A stretch of 64,000 nt of DNA from Pseudomonadota bacterium (GTDB taxonomy: Bacteria; Pseudomonadota; Alphaproteobacteria; Acetobacterales; Acetobacteraceae). The stretch covers positions 910 to 64,909 of the forward strand of contig JAJZBV010000010.1 of NCBI GenBank assembly GCA_021851785.1, in the 5' to 3' direction. A program made the translations under genes and the position numbers. Below are positions 8,181-16,787 of the stretch, one piece after another. A model generated the notes under the pieces. The model was not told where the DNA came from. It did no database searches and worked only from the letters and a program-made list of their open reading frames with translations. Within the stretch, counting starts at the first letter, position 1; each line of letters starts with the position of its first letter.

Positions 8181-8834
8181 ATGAAATTCACTTTGATCTA
8201 TGACGGCCCGCTTCCCGCAGGTAGGTCCAGGCGCGCGAAATTTGCCTCGAAAATACGAAATGAATTGCATACCCAACTTTGCGACCTTTGGGACACTCAC
8301 GTCCTTATGCGGCAGCTTCGACATGAGACAAGAGCCTATAAAAATTCTACGGTCGGTGGTGTGGAAGTGCCTCGTAGGCCCCCCAGTCTTCCAGACTATC
8401 GTGAAAAGCCACCGCCGCTGCGCGACTATGAGGTAGATTTGTGTCCGCCAATCCCCGTTGAGGGTATCGGTGCGTTCCTGCCAATTGTCCGAAATTCTCT
8501 CTATCTGGCCTGCGCCTTGGACATCCTGTTCTTGCGGCACGAAGACCCCGGTACGCTGTTTGAGCAGGGCGGAGATATTGATAATAGACTGAAATGTTTC
8601 TTTGATGGTCTGACTATACCGAACCGAGAACAAGCAGGATCTGGCGAATCTCCTTGCGCCAATCCTTTGTACTGCTTTATGGAAGACGATAAGCATATAT
8701 CGGATTTTTCGGTTAGGTCCGGAAGATTGCTTGGAAGAAATAAAAAAAACGCCGATGACGTGCGTATCCAAGTAGGTGTGACGATTAAAGTTTTGAGGGT
8801 TTTCCATGCCAATCAATTTCTAATTGGCGAATGA
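8181..8834 (+). CDS. RusA-like (Holliday-junction resolvase fold) orphan protein, horizontally acquired
   Basis: AGAGG lies ~5 nt upstream of the ATG. Motifs are MKFTLIYDGPLPA, LDILFLRHEDPG, GGDIDNRLKCFFDGL (D-x-D-N-x-x-K-x3-D-x-L), EDDKHISDF and VRIQVGVTIKV. Codon usage is atypical for the flanks (AGA/AGG/ATA/CTT, with no GC3 bias). Confidence 0.5.
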   Translation: MKFTLIYDGPLPAGRSRRAKFASKIRNELHTQLCDLWDTHVLMRQLRHETRAYKNSTVGGVEVPRRPPSLPDYREKPPPLRDYEVDLCPPIPVEGIGAFLPIVRNSLYLACALDILFLRHEDPGTLFEQGGDIDNRLKCFFDGLTIPNREQAGSGESPCANPLYCFMEDDKHISDFSVRSGRLLGRNKKNADDVRIQVGVTIKVLRVFHANQFLIGE

Positions 8835-9033
8835 ACAAATCTAAGAAAATTTAATTAAATCACAATATGAAAAGCAATAATTGTTACAATATTGTCGTAT
8901 CAATTTATGATTATTGTGCCATTGGAACTATGATATTAGTTGAGATCGCCTTGGCGACATGTCTGGAAAATTCATCCGATGATGCCGTTCCCGCGTTCAT
9001 CGTCTGGTAAGGCGCGGCCGGCATGATCGCCCC

Positions 9034-10425
9034 ATGCGCAGTGATTTTCTTGCTTCCCTCGGCCAGATCAACGAAATGCTCGCCGAACTCCCGGTCGCGA
9101 CGGTGGCCGGCCAGGTGCGCGGGGTTTCCGGCCTCGCGGTCGAGATCGCCGGGCTCTCCCATCACGCCGCCATCGGCCAGCGCGTCACCATCCACGGCGC
9201 CGGCGAGCGCGCCATTTCGGCCGAGATTCTGGGCTTTTCCGAAACCAGCCAGAAAGCGATGACGCTCGGCCATACCGAGCGCATCCGCGCCGGGATGGCA
9301 GCGCGGATCGAGGCCAGCGCGCGGGCGCTGGCCGCCGGCGAGGCGGAGCCGTTCGCCGATCGCGGTGGGCTGTTCGTGTCCGATGGCTGGCTCGGGCGGG
9401 TGATCGACCCCTTTGGCGCGCCGCTCGATGGCAAGGGCTATCTTCCCGCCGGCCCGCGTCGGCGGCTGCTCCGCGCCCCGCCGCCGCCGGCGACCGCGCG
9501 GGCGCGGCTCGGCGGGCGGCTCGATCTCGGGGTGCGGGTGCTCAACACCTTCGCCACCGCCTCCCTCGGCCAGCGCCTTGGCCTCTTTGCCGCGAGCGGT
9601 GTCGGCAAATCGACGCTGCTCTCGATGATCGCCCGCCATACCGAATGCGACGTCGTCGTGCTGGCGCTGATCGGCGAGCGCGGGCGGGAGGTGCGCGAAT
9701 TCATCGAGGAGCATCTCGGCGCCGAGAAAATGGAGCAAAGCGTGGTCGTCGTCGCCACCTCCGACGCGCCGCCGCTCGCGCGCCGCGAATCCGCCCATGC
9801 CGCGATGGCGATCGCCGAGCATTTCCGCGACGAGGGGCGATCGGTGCTGCTGGTGATGGACAGCGTCACCCGCTATTGCCAATCTTTGCGCGAGATCGCC
9901 CTCTCCTCGGGGGAGTTTCCGGCCGCCCGCGGCTATCCGGCGAGCGTCTTCACCGAGCTGCCGCGGCTGCTCGAACGCGCCGGGCCGGGCGCCGAGGACG
10001 CGGAGGGTCTGGCCGGCTTCATCACCGGGATCTTCACCGTCCTCGTCGATGGCGACGATCATGACGAGCCGATCGCCGACGCCGTGCGCGGCATTCTCGA
10101 TGGCCATATCGTGCTCGAGCGGCGGATCGCCGAGGGGGGGCGCTATCCGCCGGTGGATGTCGCGCGCTCGCTGTCGCGCACCATGACGCAGGCGACCCCG
10201 GCCGCGGAGATGGCGCTGGCGCAGCGCGGCCGCGCCATCCTCGCGCGCCATGCCGAGCTGACCCGGCTTTTGGAGATGGGCGTCTATGAGGCCGGGCGCA
10301 ACGGCGAGTTCGACCGCATCCTGGCGCAAGGCCGCGCGATCGAGACCCTCCTCGCCCAGAATCGCGAGGAGCGGGTGACGATCGAGGACGGGTTCCGCGA
10401 TCTCGCCGCGATCCTCACGGAGTAA
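9034..10425 (+). CDS. fliI: Flagellum-specific (type III) ATPase FliI
   Basis: 463-aa ORF. Walker A is AASGVGKSTLL and Walker B is VLLVMDSVTRY. The layout is typical FliI/YscN (GYPASVF, RYPPVDV.RSLSR). Confidence 0.85.
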   Translation: MRSDFLASLGQINEMLAELPVATVAGQVRGVSGLAVEIAGLSHHAAIGQRVTIHGAGERAISAEILGFSETSQKAMTLGHTERIRAGMAARIEASARALAAGEAEPFADRGGLFVSDGWLGRVIDPFGAPLDGKGYLPAGPRRRLLRAPPPPATARARLGGRLDLGVRVLNTFATASLGQRLGLFAASGVGKSTLLSMIARHTECDVVVLALIGERGREVREFIEEHLGAEKMEQSVVVVATSDAPPLARRESAHAAMAIAEHFRDEGRSVLLVMDSVTRYCQSLREIALSSGEFPAARGYPASVFTELPRLLERAGPGAEDAEGLAGFITGIFTVLVDGDDHDEPIADAVRGILDGHIVLERRIAEGGRYPPVDVARSLSRTMTQATPAAEMALAQRGRAILARHAELTRLLEMGVYEAGRNGEFDRILAQGRAIETLLAQNREERVTIEDGFRDLAAILTE

Positions 10426-10972
10426 CCGCGTCGCTCCGCGCTTTGTCGGTGGGCGCTTTATTGGTGGGCGCTTCATCGGTGGGCGCCTCATCGGCGGATG
10501 ATGCGGCGCAGCCAGGCGGCGCCTCTCCCTGCGCGGCGTGCTGGCCGAGCTGGCGGAGCAGGGTTCCGAGCAGCTCCAGTTCGCAGCTCGAAAGCCCGCT
10601 CATGGCGCGGGCGATGTCGCCGGCATGGCGCGGGAACACCGCCGCGATGAGGTCGCGCCCGCACCCCGTGAGTTCCACCCGCACATGCCGCCGGTCCGCA
10701 AGGTCGCGCACCCGCCGCACCAGCCCCCGCGTCGAGAGCTTGTCGACGACGTCGGTCATGTTGCCGGCGCTGGTCAGCACCTTGCGGCCAAGCTCGCCCT
10801 GGGTCAGCGGCCCCTGGTGCCAGATCACCTCGAGGACGCCGAGCTGGGTCGCGGTCAGGCCGTGCGCCGCCAAGCCCGGCTCGACACGCGAGAGAATGGC
10901 GCGGCTCGCGCGAAACAGCTTGACATAGGCGCGGAGCGCCGCGGCGGAAGGGGATGTGGGGGTGGTGTCCAT
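10415..10972 (-). CDS. MarR family transcriptional regulator with a repetitive C-terminal tail
   Basis: Lies within ORF 10415..11338; start at MDTTPTSP (ATG at 10970-10972). The winged HTH reads LTATQLGVLEVIWHQGPLTQGELGRKVLTSAGNMTDVVDKLSTRGLVRR. The tail ADEAPTDEAPTNKAPTDKA is encoded by four imperfect 15-bp repeats. Confidence 0.85.
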   Translation of the reverse strand: MDTTPTSPSAAALRAYVKLFRASRAILSRVEPGLAAHGLTATQLGVLEVIWHQGPLTQGELGRKVLTSAGNMTDVVDKLSTRGLVRRVRDLADRRHVRVELTGCGRDLIAAVFPRHAGDIARAMSGLSSCELELLGTLLRQLGQHAAQGEAPPGCAASSADEAPTDEAPTNKAPTDKARSDAVTP

Positions 10973-10980
10973 GGCGCCAA

Positions 10981-11853
10981 TCAGCGGTTCATCATTACTG
11001 GCAATTCGGCGTGTTCCAGGACATGGCGGGTGACGCCGCCGAGGATGAGCTGGCGGAGACGCGAATGCGAATAGGCGCCCATCACCAGGAGATCGGCGGC
11101 AAAGGCGCGGCAGGCGGCGAGGATGCCGGCGCCGACATCGCGCTCGACCGGCTGGAAGGTCGCGAGATCGGTTTTGATGGCATGAAGGGCGAGGTAGTCC
11201 GCGAGATCGGAGGCGCCCGGCCCGCGCCGCTGATATTCCTGCGCCGAGAGAATGCGCACCGCCGCGGCGTGTTGCAGCCAGGGCAGCGCCGCCTGCACGG
11301 CGGCGGCGCTTTCCGCGGTGCCGTTCCAGGCGACGCAAATCCGCTGCCCGATCGCGGCCGGCGCGGTTTGCGGCGCGATCAGCACCGGCCGGCCGCTATC
11401 GAACAGCACCGCGTGCAGCGCGTCCGACGACGAGGCATCGCCATTCGGGCGCGGCGAGGGCACGACGGTGAGATCGGCGAGCCGCGCCTGCTGCGCCACC
11501 AGATCCTCCTCGCGCCCGGTGATCGCGGCGAAATGCGCCGTCGCCATCTCCGCCCCGGCGCGCGCCTCGGCAACCGTGACGCCGTGCTCGACGACAAAGC
11601 GATCGAACATGGCGTGAATTTTGCGGGCGCGCTCGGTCGCCTCGCGCTCGGTCGCCGACATCATCTCCTCGATCATCGCGCCCGAGAGCCCCTCGCCGGC
11701 GAGCGGCGCGACATCGCGGCTATCGACCCGGACATGCAGCGCCAGCACATGCGCCCGCCACAACTGCGCGACCAGGAGCGCGGTGGCAAGAGCGGCCTCG
11801 CCCGCGCCGGAATCGGCGCCGGTCAAGGGCAGCAGAATCTTGCGAACGGCCAT
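10981..11853 (-). CDS. Universal stress protein (tandem UspA domains)
   Basis: Lies within ORF 10981..12249; start at MAVRKILLPLTG (ATG at 11851-11853). The C-terminal motif is LLVMGAYSHSRLRQLILGGVTRHVL. Confidence 0.85.
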   Translation of the reverse strand: MAVRKILLPLTGADSGAGEAALATALLVAQLWRAHVLALHVRVDSRDVAPLAGEGLSGAMIEEMMSATEREATERARKIHAMFDRFVVEHGVTVAEARAGAEMATAHFAAITGREEDLVAQQARLADLTVVPSPRPNGDASSSDALHAVLFDSGRPVLIAPQTAPAAIGQRICVAWNGTAESAAAVQAALPWLQHAAAVRILSAQEYQRRGPGASDLADYLALHAIKTDLATFQPVERDVGAGILAACRAFAADLLVMGAYSHSRLRQLILGGVTRHVLEHAELPVMMNR

Positions 11854-11934
11854 CTCCGGAATCTCCCCATTCTCGAGCGTCGCGGCTACCAACGCATGAT
11901 AACATCTGCCGCGCCGGATGGGAAAAAAACGCGC

Positions 11935-11965
11935 CCCAGGGCAGATCCCAGGGCAGATCCCAGGC
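11935..11965. repeat. 12-bp tandem repeat CCCAGGGCAGAT x2.5
   Basis: Perfect copies at 11935-11946 and 11947-11958, with a partial copy at 11959-11965. It lies immediately downstream of the pdxH stop. Confidence 0.9.
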
Positions 11966-11968
11966 GGG

Positions 11969-12571
11969 CTACGGGTAAAGCAGGCTGATCTCCCAGCCCG
12001 CGCCGTCACGGGTATAGACATCGCGCCGGTGCAGGCGGAACGGCATGTCCTGCCAGAATTCGTAGAGATCGGGCACCAGCCGCCAGCCCGACCAGTGCGC
12101 CGGGCGCGGGATCGCGGTCTCATCCGGGAAACGCGCTTTCGCCGCCGCAAGACGCGCCTCCAGAACGGCGCGATCGGCGAGCGGGCGTGACTGGTCGGAG
12201 GCCCAGGCGCCGAGCCGCGACAGCGCCGGGCGGGTCGCGAAATAGGCATCCGCCTCCTCCGGCGAGACCGGCGCGACGGCGCCCTCGATGCGCACCTGCC
12301 GGCGGAGATTCTTCCAGTGAAACAACAGCGCGGCCCAGGGATTGTCCTGAAGTTCCAGACTTTTCCGGCTCTCGAGGTTGGTATAGAATACGAACCCGCG
12401 CGGATCCGCCTCCTTGAGCAGCACCATTCGCGCCGAGGGGCGGCCGGCTTTGGTCGCCGTCGCCAGCGTCATCGCATTGGGGTCGTTCGGCTCGCCCGCG
12501 CTCGCCTCGGCGAGCCAAGTCTCGAAGCGGTGCAGCGGATCGGCGATGGACAGATCAGGGGCGGATTCCAT
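11969..12571 (-). CDS. pdxH: Pyridoxamine 5'-phosphate oxidase
   Basis: Lies within ORF 11969..12619; start at MESAPDL. The motifs are [16 protein letters not shown] and the C-terminal [13 protein letters not shown]...RLH.R. Confidence 0.9.
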   Translation of the reverse strand: MESAPDLSIADPLHRFETWLAEASAGEPNDPNAMTLATATKAGRPSARMVLLKEADPRGFVFYTNLESRKSLELQDNPWAALLFHWKNLRRQVRIEGAVAPVSPEEADAYFATRPALSRLGAWASDQSRPLADRAVLEARLAAAKARFPDETAIPRPAHWSGWRLVPDLYEFWQDMPFRLHRRDVYTRDGAGWEISLLYP

Positions 12572-12725
12572 AAGGACACTCCTTTTCGTCGTTCTGCCGC
12601 ATCTCGCCTCACCCGCCAAGCCGGTTGCCGCGCGGGCCGGCCTTGCGCGGAAGCTCTTGCCGAAGACGGCCCGGCTGTGTCACGAGAGAGGATCAGGTAT
12701 TCAACCGAGAAGGGATAGCTCCTCG

Positions 12726-13595
12726 ATGTCCCATTCCACCGAACCAACCGCATCCTATCCCGACCCTCTCGCATCGACGCCGGCCACCGGAACGCTGCTT
12801 GCCGGCAAGCGCGGCCTGGTCATGGGCGTCGCCAATGACCGCTCGCTCGCGTGGGGGATCGCCAATGCCTGCGCGGCGCAGGGCGCGGAACTCGCTTTCA
12901 CCTATCAGGGCGAGGCGCTGGAGCGCCGTGTGCGGCCGCTCGCCGCCGGCATCGGCTCCGATCTCGTCTTCCCGTGCGACGTCGCCGACGAAAGCAGCGT
13001 CGATGCCGCCTTCGCCGCGCTCGCCGGGCGCTGGGAGCGGCTCGATTTCCTCGTCCACGCCATCGGCTGGGCCGATAAATCCTATCTCCGTGGCCGCTAT
13101 CTCGACACCCCGCGCGAGGCTTTCCTGCAAGCCCTCGACATTTCCTGCTACAGCTTCGTCGCCGTCTCGCGGCGCGCCGTCGCGATGATGGCGCCGGGTG
13201 GCGCGCTGCTCACGCTTTCTTATCTCGGCGCCGAGAAGGTGATCCCGCATTACAATGTCATGGGGGTCGCCAAGGCGGCGCTGGAGGCCTCGGTGCGCTA
13301 TCTCGCCGCTGATCTCGGCGGGATCGGCATCCGGGTGAACGCGATCAGCGCCGGGCCGATCAAGACCCTCGCCGCCAACGGCATCGGCGATTTCCGCTAT
13401 ATCCTGCGCTGGAGCCAGCTCAACTCCCCGCTCGAGCGCAACACCACCATCGAGGATGTCGGTGGCGCCGGGCTCTATCTGCTCTCCGACCTCGCCGCCG
13501 GCGTCACCGGCGAGGTCCATCACGTCGATTCGGGCTACCATATCGTCGGCATGAAGAACCCGGCGGCGCCCGATATCGCCGCCGTCACCGACTAG
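12726..13595 (+). CDS. fabI: Enoyl-[acyl-carrier-protein] reductase (NADH) FabI
   Basis: Lies within ORF 12414..13595; start at MSHSTEP (12726). The motifs are GKRGLVMGVANDRSLAWGIA, YNVMGVAKAALEASVRYLA and NAISAGPIKTLAA. Confidence 0.9.
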   Translation: MSHSTEPTASYPDPLASTPATGTLLAGKRGLVMGVANDRSLAWGIANACAAQGAELAFTYQGEALERRVRPLAAGIGSDLVFPCDVADESSVDAAFAALAGRWERLDFLVHAIGWADKSYLRGRYLDTPREAFLQALDISCYSFVAVSRRAVAMMAPGGALLTLSYLGAEKVIPHYNVMGVAKAALEASVRYLAADLGGIGIRVNAISAGPIKTLAANGIGDFRYILRWSQLNSPLERNTTIEDVGGAGLYLLSDLAAGVTGEVHHVDSGYHIVGMKNPAAPDIAAVTD

Positions 13596-13600
13596 AAAAA

Positions 13601-13737
13601 GGAATTTGTTCTTTTTTGGAAAAAAAGAACCAAAAAACTTTACCCCCCTGCTTCCTCGGCGCGGGCAGTGCCTACGGCACTGCCCAACGGATAAAAGTCT
13701 TTTTGCTTCTTTTTCTTCAGAAAAAGAAGAATTTTTC
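13601..13737. repeat. Full-length copy A of the AT-rich tri-hairpin intergenic element
   Basis: H1 is GTTCTTTTTT-gga-AAAAAAGAAC (13608-13630). H2 is GGGCAGTGCC-tac-GGCACTGCCC (13663-13685). H3 is CTTCTTTTTC-ttca-GAAAAAGAAG (13706-13729). Its reverse complement aligns with copy D. Confidence 0.85.
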
Positions 13738-13767
13738 TTTGTTTTCTTCTGACTGTATGGCCCTTCG

Positions 13768-14871
13768 ATGTCGCACAACAGTTTCGGCCATCTTTTCCGC
13801 GTGACCACCTGGGGCGAGAGTCACGGCCCGGCGATCGGCTGCGTCATCGATGGCTGCCCGCCGCGCCTCGCGCTGTCGGAAGCGGACATCCAGCCCTTTC
13901 TCGACCGCCGCCGTCCCGGCCAGTCGCGCTTCACGACGCAGCGCCAGGAAGCCGACCGGGTGCGCATCCTCTCCGGCGTGTTCGAGGGGCTGACCACCGG
14001 CACGCCGATCGCGCTCGAGATCGAAAACACCGATGCCCGCTCCAAGGATTACGACGCGATCGCGGCAAGCTTCCGCCCCGGCCATGCCGATCTCACCTAC
14101 GAGCTGAAATACGGTATTCGTGATCCGCGCGGCGGCGGGCGTTCCTCGGCGCGCGAGACGGCGATGCGGGTTGCCGCCGGCGCCGTCGCGCGGAAAGTGC
14201 TCGGCGCCGATCTCCGCATCCGTGGCGCGCTGGTGCAAATCGGTGAAAAACACATCGACCGCGGCAACTGGGATTGGGCGGAAGTGGCGCGCAACCCGTT
14301 TTTCTGCCCCGATCCGGCGAGCGTCGGCGTCTTCGAGAGCTATCTCGGCGAGATCCGCAAATCCGGCTCCTCGGTGGGCGCGGTGGTCGAGATCGTCGCC
14401 GAAGGCGTGCCGCCCGGGCTTGGGGCGCCGATCTACGCCAAGCTCGACGCCGATCTCGCGAGCGCGCTGATGGGGATCAACGCCGTCAAGGCGGTCGAGA
14501 TCGGTGACGGATTCGCCGCCGCCGTCCTGCGCGGCGAGGACAATGCCGATGAGATGCGCATGCGGGACGGCGCGGTGGTGTTTGCCAGCAACCACGCCGG
14601 CGGCATTCTCGGCGGCATCTCGACCGGGCAGCCGGTGATCGCCCGTTTCGCGGTCAAGCCGACCAGTTCGATCCTGACCCCGCGCCGCTCGGTCGACCGC
14701 GCCGGCCACGAGGTTGACGTCGCGACCCGCGGCCGCCACGACCCCTGTGTCGGCATCCGCGCGGTGCCGGTGGGCGAGGCGATGATGGCGCTCGTCCTCG
14801 CCGACCACCTGCTCCGCAACCGCGCCCAGAATCCAGACAGTCCCGAGCGCCCGCGCCTGCCGCGCAATTAG
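13768..14871 (+). CDS. aroC: Chorismate synthase
   Basis: 367-aa ORF. It starts [32 protein letters not shown] and carries the [10 protein letters not shown] motif. Confidence 0.95.
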   Translation: MSHNSFGHLFRVTTWGESHGPAIGCVIDGCPPRLALSEADIQPFLDRRRPGQSRFTTQRQEADRVRILSGVFEGLTTGTPIALEIENTDARSKDYDAIAASFRPGHADLTYELKYGIRDPRGGGRSSARETAMRVAAGAVARKVLGADLRIRGALVQIGEKHIDRGNWDWAEVARNPFFCPDPASVGVFESYLGEIRKSGSSVGAVVEIVAEGVPPGLGAPIYAKLDADLASALMGINAVKAVEIGDGFAAAVLRGEDNADEMRMRDGAVVFASNHAGGILGGISTGQPVIARFAVKPTSSILTPRRSVDRAGHEVDVATRGRHDPCVGIRAVPVGEAMMALVLADHLLRNRAQNPDSPERPRLPRN

Positions 14872-14875
14872 CGCC

Positions 14876-15958
14876 TCAGCCGAGCAGGCGGCCGATCACC
14901 CGCGCGGTATAGTCCACCACAGGAATGATGCGGGCGTAATTGATCCGCGCCGGGCCGATGACGCCGATCGCGCCGACGATGCGGTCGGCGGCGTTGCGCG
15001 CCGGGGCGACGATCATCGTGAGGCCGGAGGCGTCGAAAAGCCCGTTCTCGGCGCCGATGAAAATCCGCACCCCCTCGGAAACCTCGACCAGTTCGAGCAG
15101 CTTGAGCATGGTTTCCTGGGTTTCCAGCCGCTCGAACAAGGCCTGGATCGTCGCCAGCCGCTCGATCTGGGTGACATCGGCGAGGAGCCGCGCCTGGCCG
15201 CGCACGATCAGACTGCCGCCGCGCCCCTCGCCGGTCCAGGTGGCGAGCCCGGTGGCGACGATCTGCGTCGCCAGCATGTCGAGTTCGGTACGGTCGGCGG
15301 CGATTTCCTCGCTCACCACCCGGCGCACCTCCTCGACCGAGCGGCCGGCGAGGCGGGCGTTGAGATAATTGCTCGCCTGCTGCAGCGCCGCCGGCGGCAG
15401 GCCGGCGGGCGTGTCGATGACCCGGTTTTCGACCTGGCCGTCGGCATTGACGATGACGACGAGGGCGCGGCCGGTGCCGAGCGGGACGAACTCGATATGC
15501 TTGAGCGGCCCCTCGGTTTTGGGCGCGAGCACGAGGCCAGCGGCGGCGGAGAGGCCGGAGAGCAGGCTTCCGGCCTCGGCGAGCGTGGTCTCCAGGCTGC
15601 GCCCGGAGGCCTGCAGCGCGGCGCCGATCGTCTCCCGCTCCTCCTCCGAGAGATCGCCGAACTGTAGCAGCCCGTCGACGAAGAGCCGGAGCCCGCGATC
15701 GGTCGGCAGGCGGCCGGCGGAGGTATGCGGCGCGTAAAGCAGGCCCTGATCGGTGAGATCGGCCATGACGTTGCGGATGGTCGCCGGGGAGAGGGCGAGC
15801 GGCAGGCGGCGGGAAAGCGTGCGGCTCCCGACCGGCTCGCCGGTCGCGACATATTGCTCGACGATTTCGCGCAGGATCGCCGCCGAGCGCGCATCGATGC
15901 TCGGCGGCAACAGGCCGGAGCGGGGAGAAGTCAAGGGGGAAACCGGTTTCTGATCCAT
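14876..15958 (-). CDS. hrcA: Heat-inducible transcription repressor HrcA
   Basis: Lies within ORF 14876..16045; start at MDQKPVS (ATG at 15956-15958). The N-terminal wHTH reads RSAAILREIVEQYVATGEPVGSRTLSRRL. Confidence 0.9.
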   Translation of the reverse strand: MDQKPVSPLTSPRSGLLPPSIDARSAAILREIVEQYVATGEPVGSRTLSRRLPLALSPATIRNVMADLTDQGLLYAPHTSAGRLPTDRGLRLFVDGLLQFGDLSEEERETIGAALQASGRSLETTLAEAGSLLSGLSAAAGLVLAPKTEGPLKHIEFVPLGTGRALVVIVNADGQVENRVIDTPAGLPPAALQQASNYLNARLAGRSVEEVRRVVSEEIAADRTELDMLATQIVATGLATWTGEGRGGSLIVRGQARLLADVTQIERLATIQALFERLETQETMLKLLELVEVSEGVRIFIGAENGLFDASGLTMIVAPARNAADRIVGAIGVIGPARINYARIIPVVDYTARVIGRLLG

Positions 15959-16110
15959 CGCGCGGACCGCACTGTGAGGATCAGGTTTAGGAAGTTGGCC
16001 GGACTTGGTCAATGGACGGCGCGCCGCAACTGGATTTGTTCCCACCCATTGCGCCCTCGCCTGAGGTGGCGGCGATAGCGCGAAAGCCTGGCGGGATGCG
16101 CGGCCGGGGG

Positions 16111-16131
16111 ATGACAGATAACGCTTGTCAT
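16111..16131. promoter_or_regulatory. Candidate TetR operator, inverted repeat ATGACA-N9-TGTCAT
   Basis: Half-sites at 16111-16116 and 16126-16131, just upstream of the likely TetR start codons (16135 or 16147). Confidence 0.3.
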
Positions 16132-16134
16132 CAT

Positions 16135-16776
16135 ATGTTGAACGCCATGTCAGCCCCGTCTGCTTCCGATCTGACGCCCGCCGGCCTTGCGACGCGCGCC
16201 GCCATCGCCGACGCGGCGGAACGGCTGTTTCGCACGCTCGGCTACCAGAAAACGACGGTCGCCGACATCGCCCGCGAGCTTCGCATGTCGCCGGCCAATG
16301 TCTATCGCTTCTTTGCCAGCAAGGCCGCGATCAACCAGGAAATCTGCGCGCGCATCCTCGCCGACCTCGATGCCGCGGCCTGGGAAGTGGCGCGTGGCCC
16401 CGGCACGCCGCCTGCGCGCCTGCGCGCCTTGTTTCACCGCCTGCGGCGCCAGACCGAAGAGCGGCTTTTCAAAGAGCGACGGATGCACGACATGGTCGCC
16501 GCCGCGTTGCAAGAAAATTGGCCGATCGTCGAGCAACATATCAGGGAGATCGATGCCGCTTTTCGCCACATCGTCAGCGAGGGGCAGGCAAGGGGCGTTT
16601 TCGCCCGGCTGGAGGGCGAGGATGTCGTGCGTTTCCTCCACGGTTCTTGCGCCGTGTTCACCCATCCCGCGCTGGTCGAAAAATGTCTGGCGATGGGCGA
16701 AAATCTCGAGGTGATCGCCGAGCGCACGGCGACGTTCTGCTTGCGTGCCTTGCGCCCGGATATCCCGGAGATCTGA
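16135..16776 (+). CDS. TetR/AcrR family transcriptional regulator
   Basis: Lies within ORF 16012..16776. In-frame starts occur at 16111, 16135 and 16147. The HTH reads ATRAAIADAAERLFRTLGYQKTTVADIARELRMSPANVYRFFASK. Confidence 0.85.
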   Translation: MLNAMSAPSASDLTPAGLATRAAIADAAERLFRTLGYQKTTVADIARELRMSPANVYRFFASKAAINQEICARILADLDAAAWEVARGPGTPPARLRALFHRLRRQTEERLFKERRMHDMVAAALQENWPIVEQHIREIDAAFRHIVSEGQARGVFARLEGEDVVRFLHGSCAVFTHPALVEKCLAMGENLEVIAERTATFCLRALRPDIPEI

Positions 16777-16787
16777 CTTTAGTTTCC

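Noticed and set aside
8172-8816. 214-aa minus-strand ORF inside the low-GC islet.
   Set aside because: The plus-strand frame carries the RusA-like catalytic block and an SD sequence. The minus product has no motif and mirrors the plus ORF almost exactly.
8911-10491. 526-aa minus-strand ORF.
   Set aside because: It is antisense to fliI, whose Walker motifs are on the plus strand.
15959-16110. Search for a CIRCE operator (TTAGCACTC-N9-GAGTGCTAA) near hrcA and elsewhere, for example the CTAGCAGCC...GCTGGCAAG segment near 36759.
   Set aside because: No acceptable match was seen by eye, and the 36759 segment is not an inverted repeat. No groES/dnaK-type target genes are in the window.
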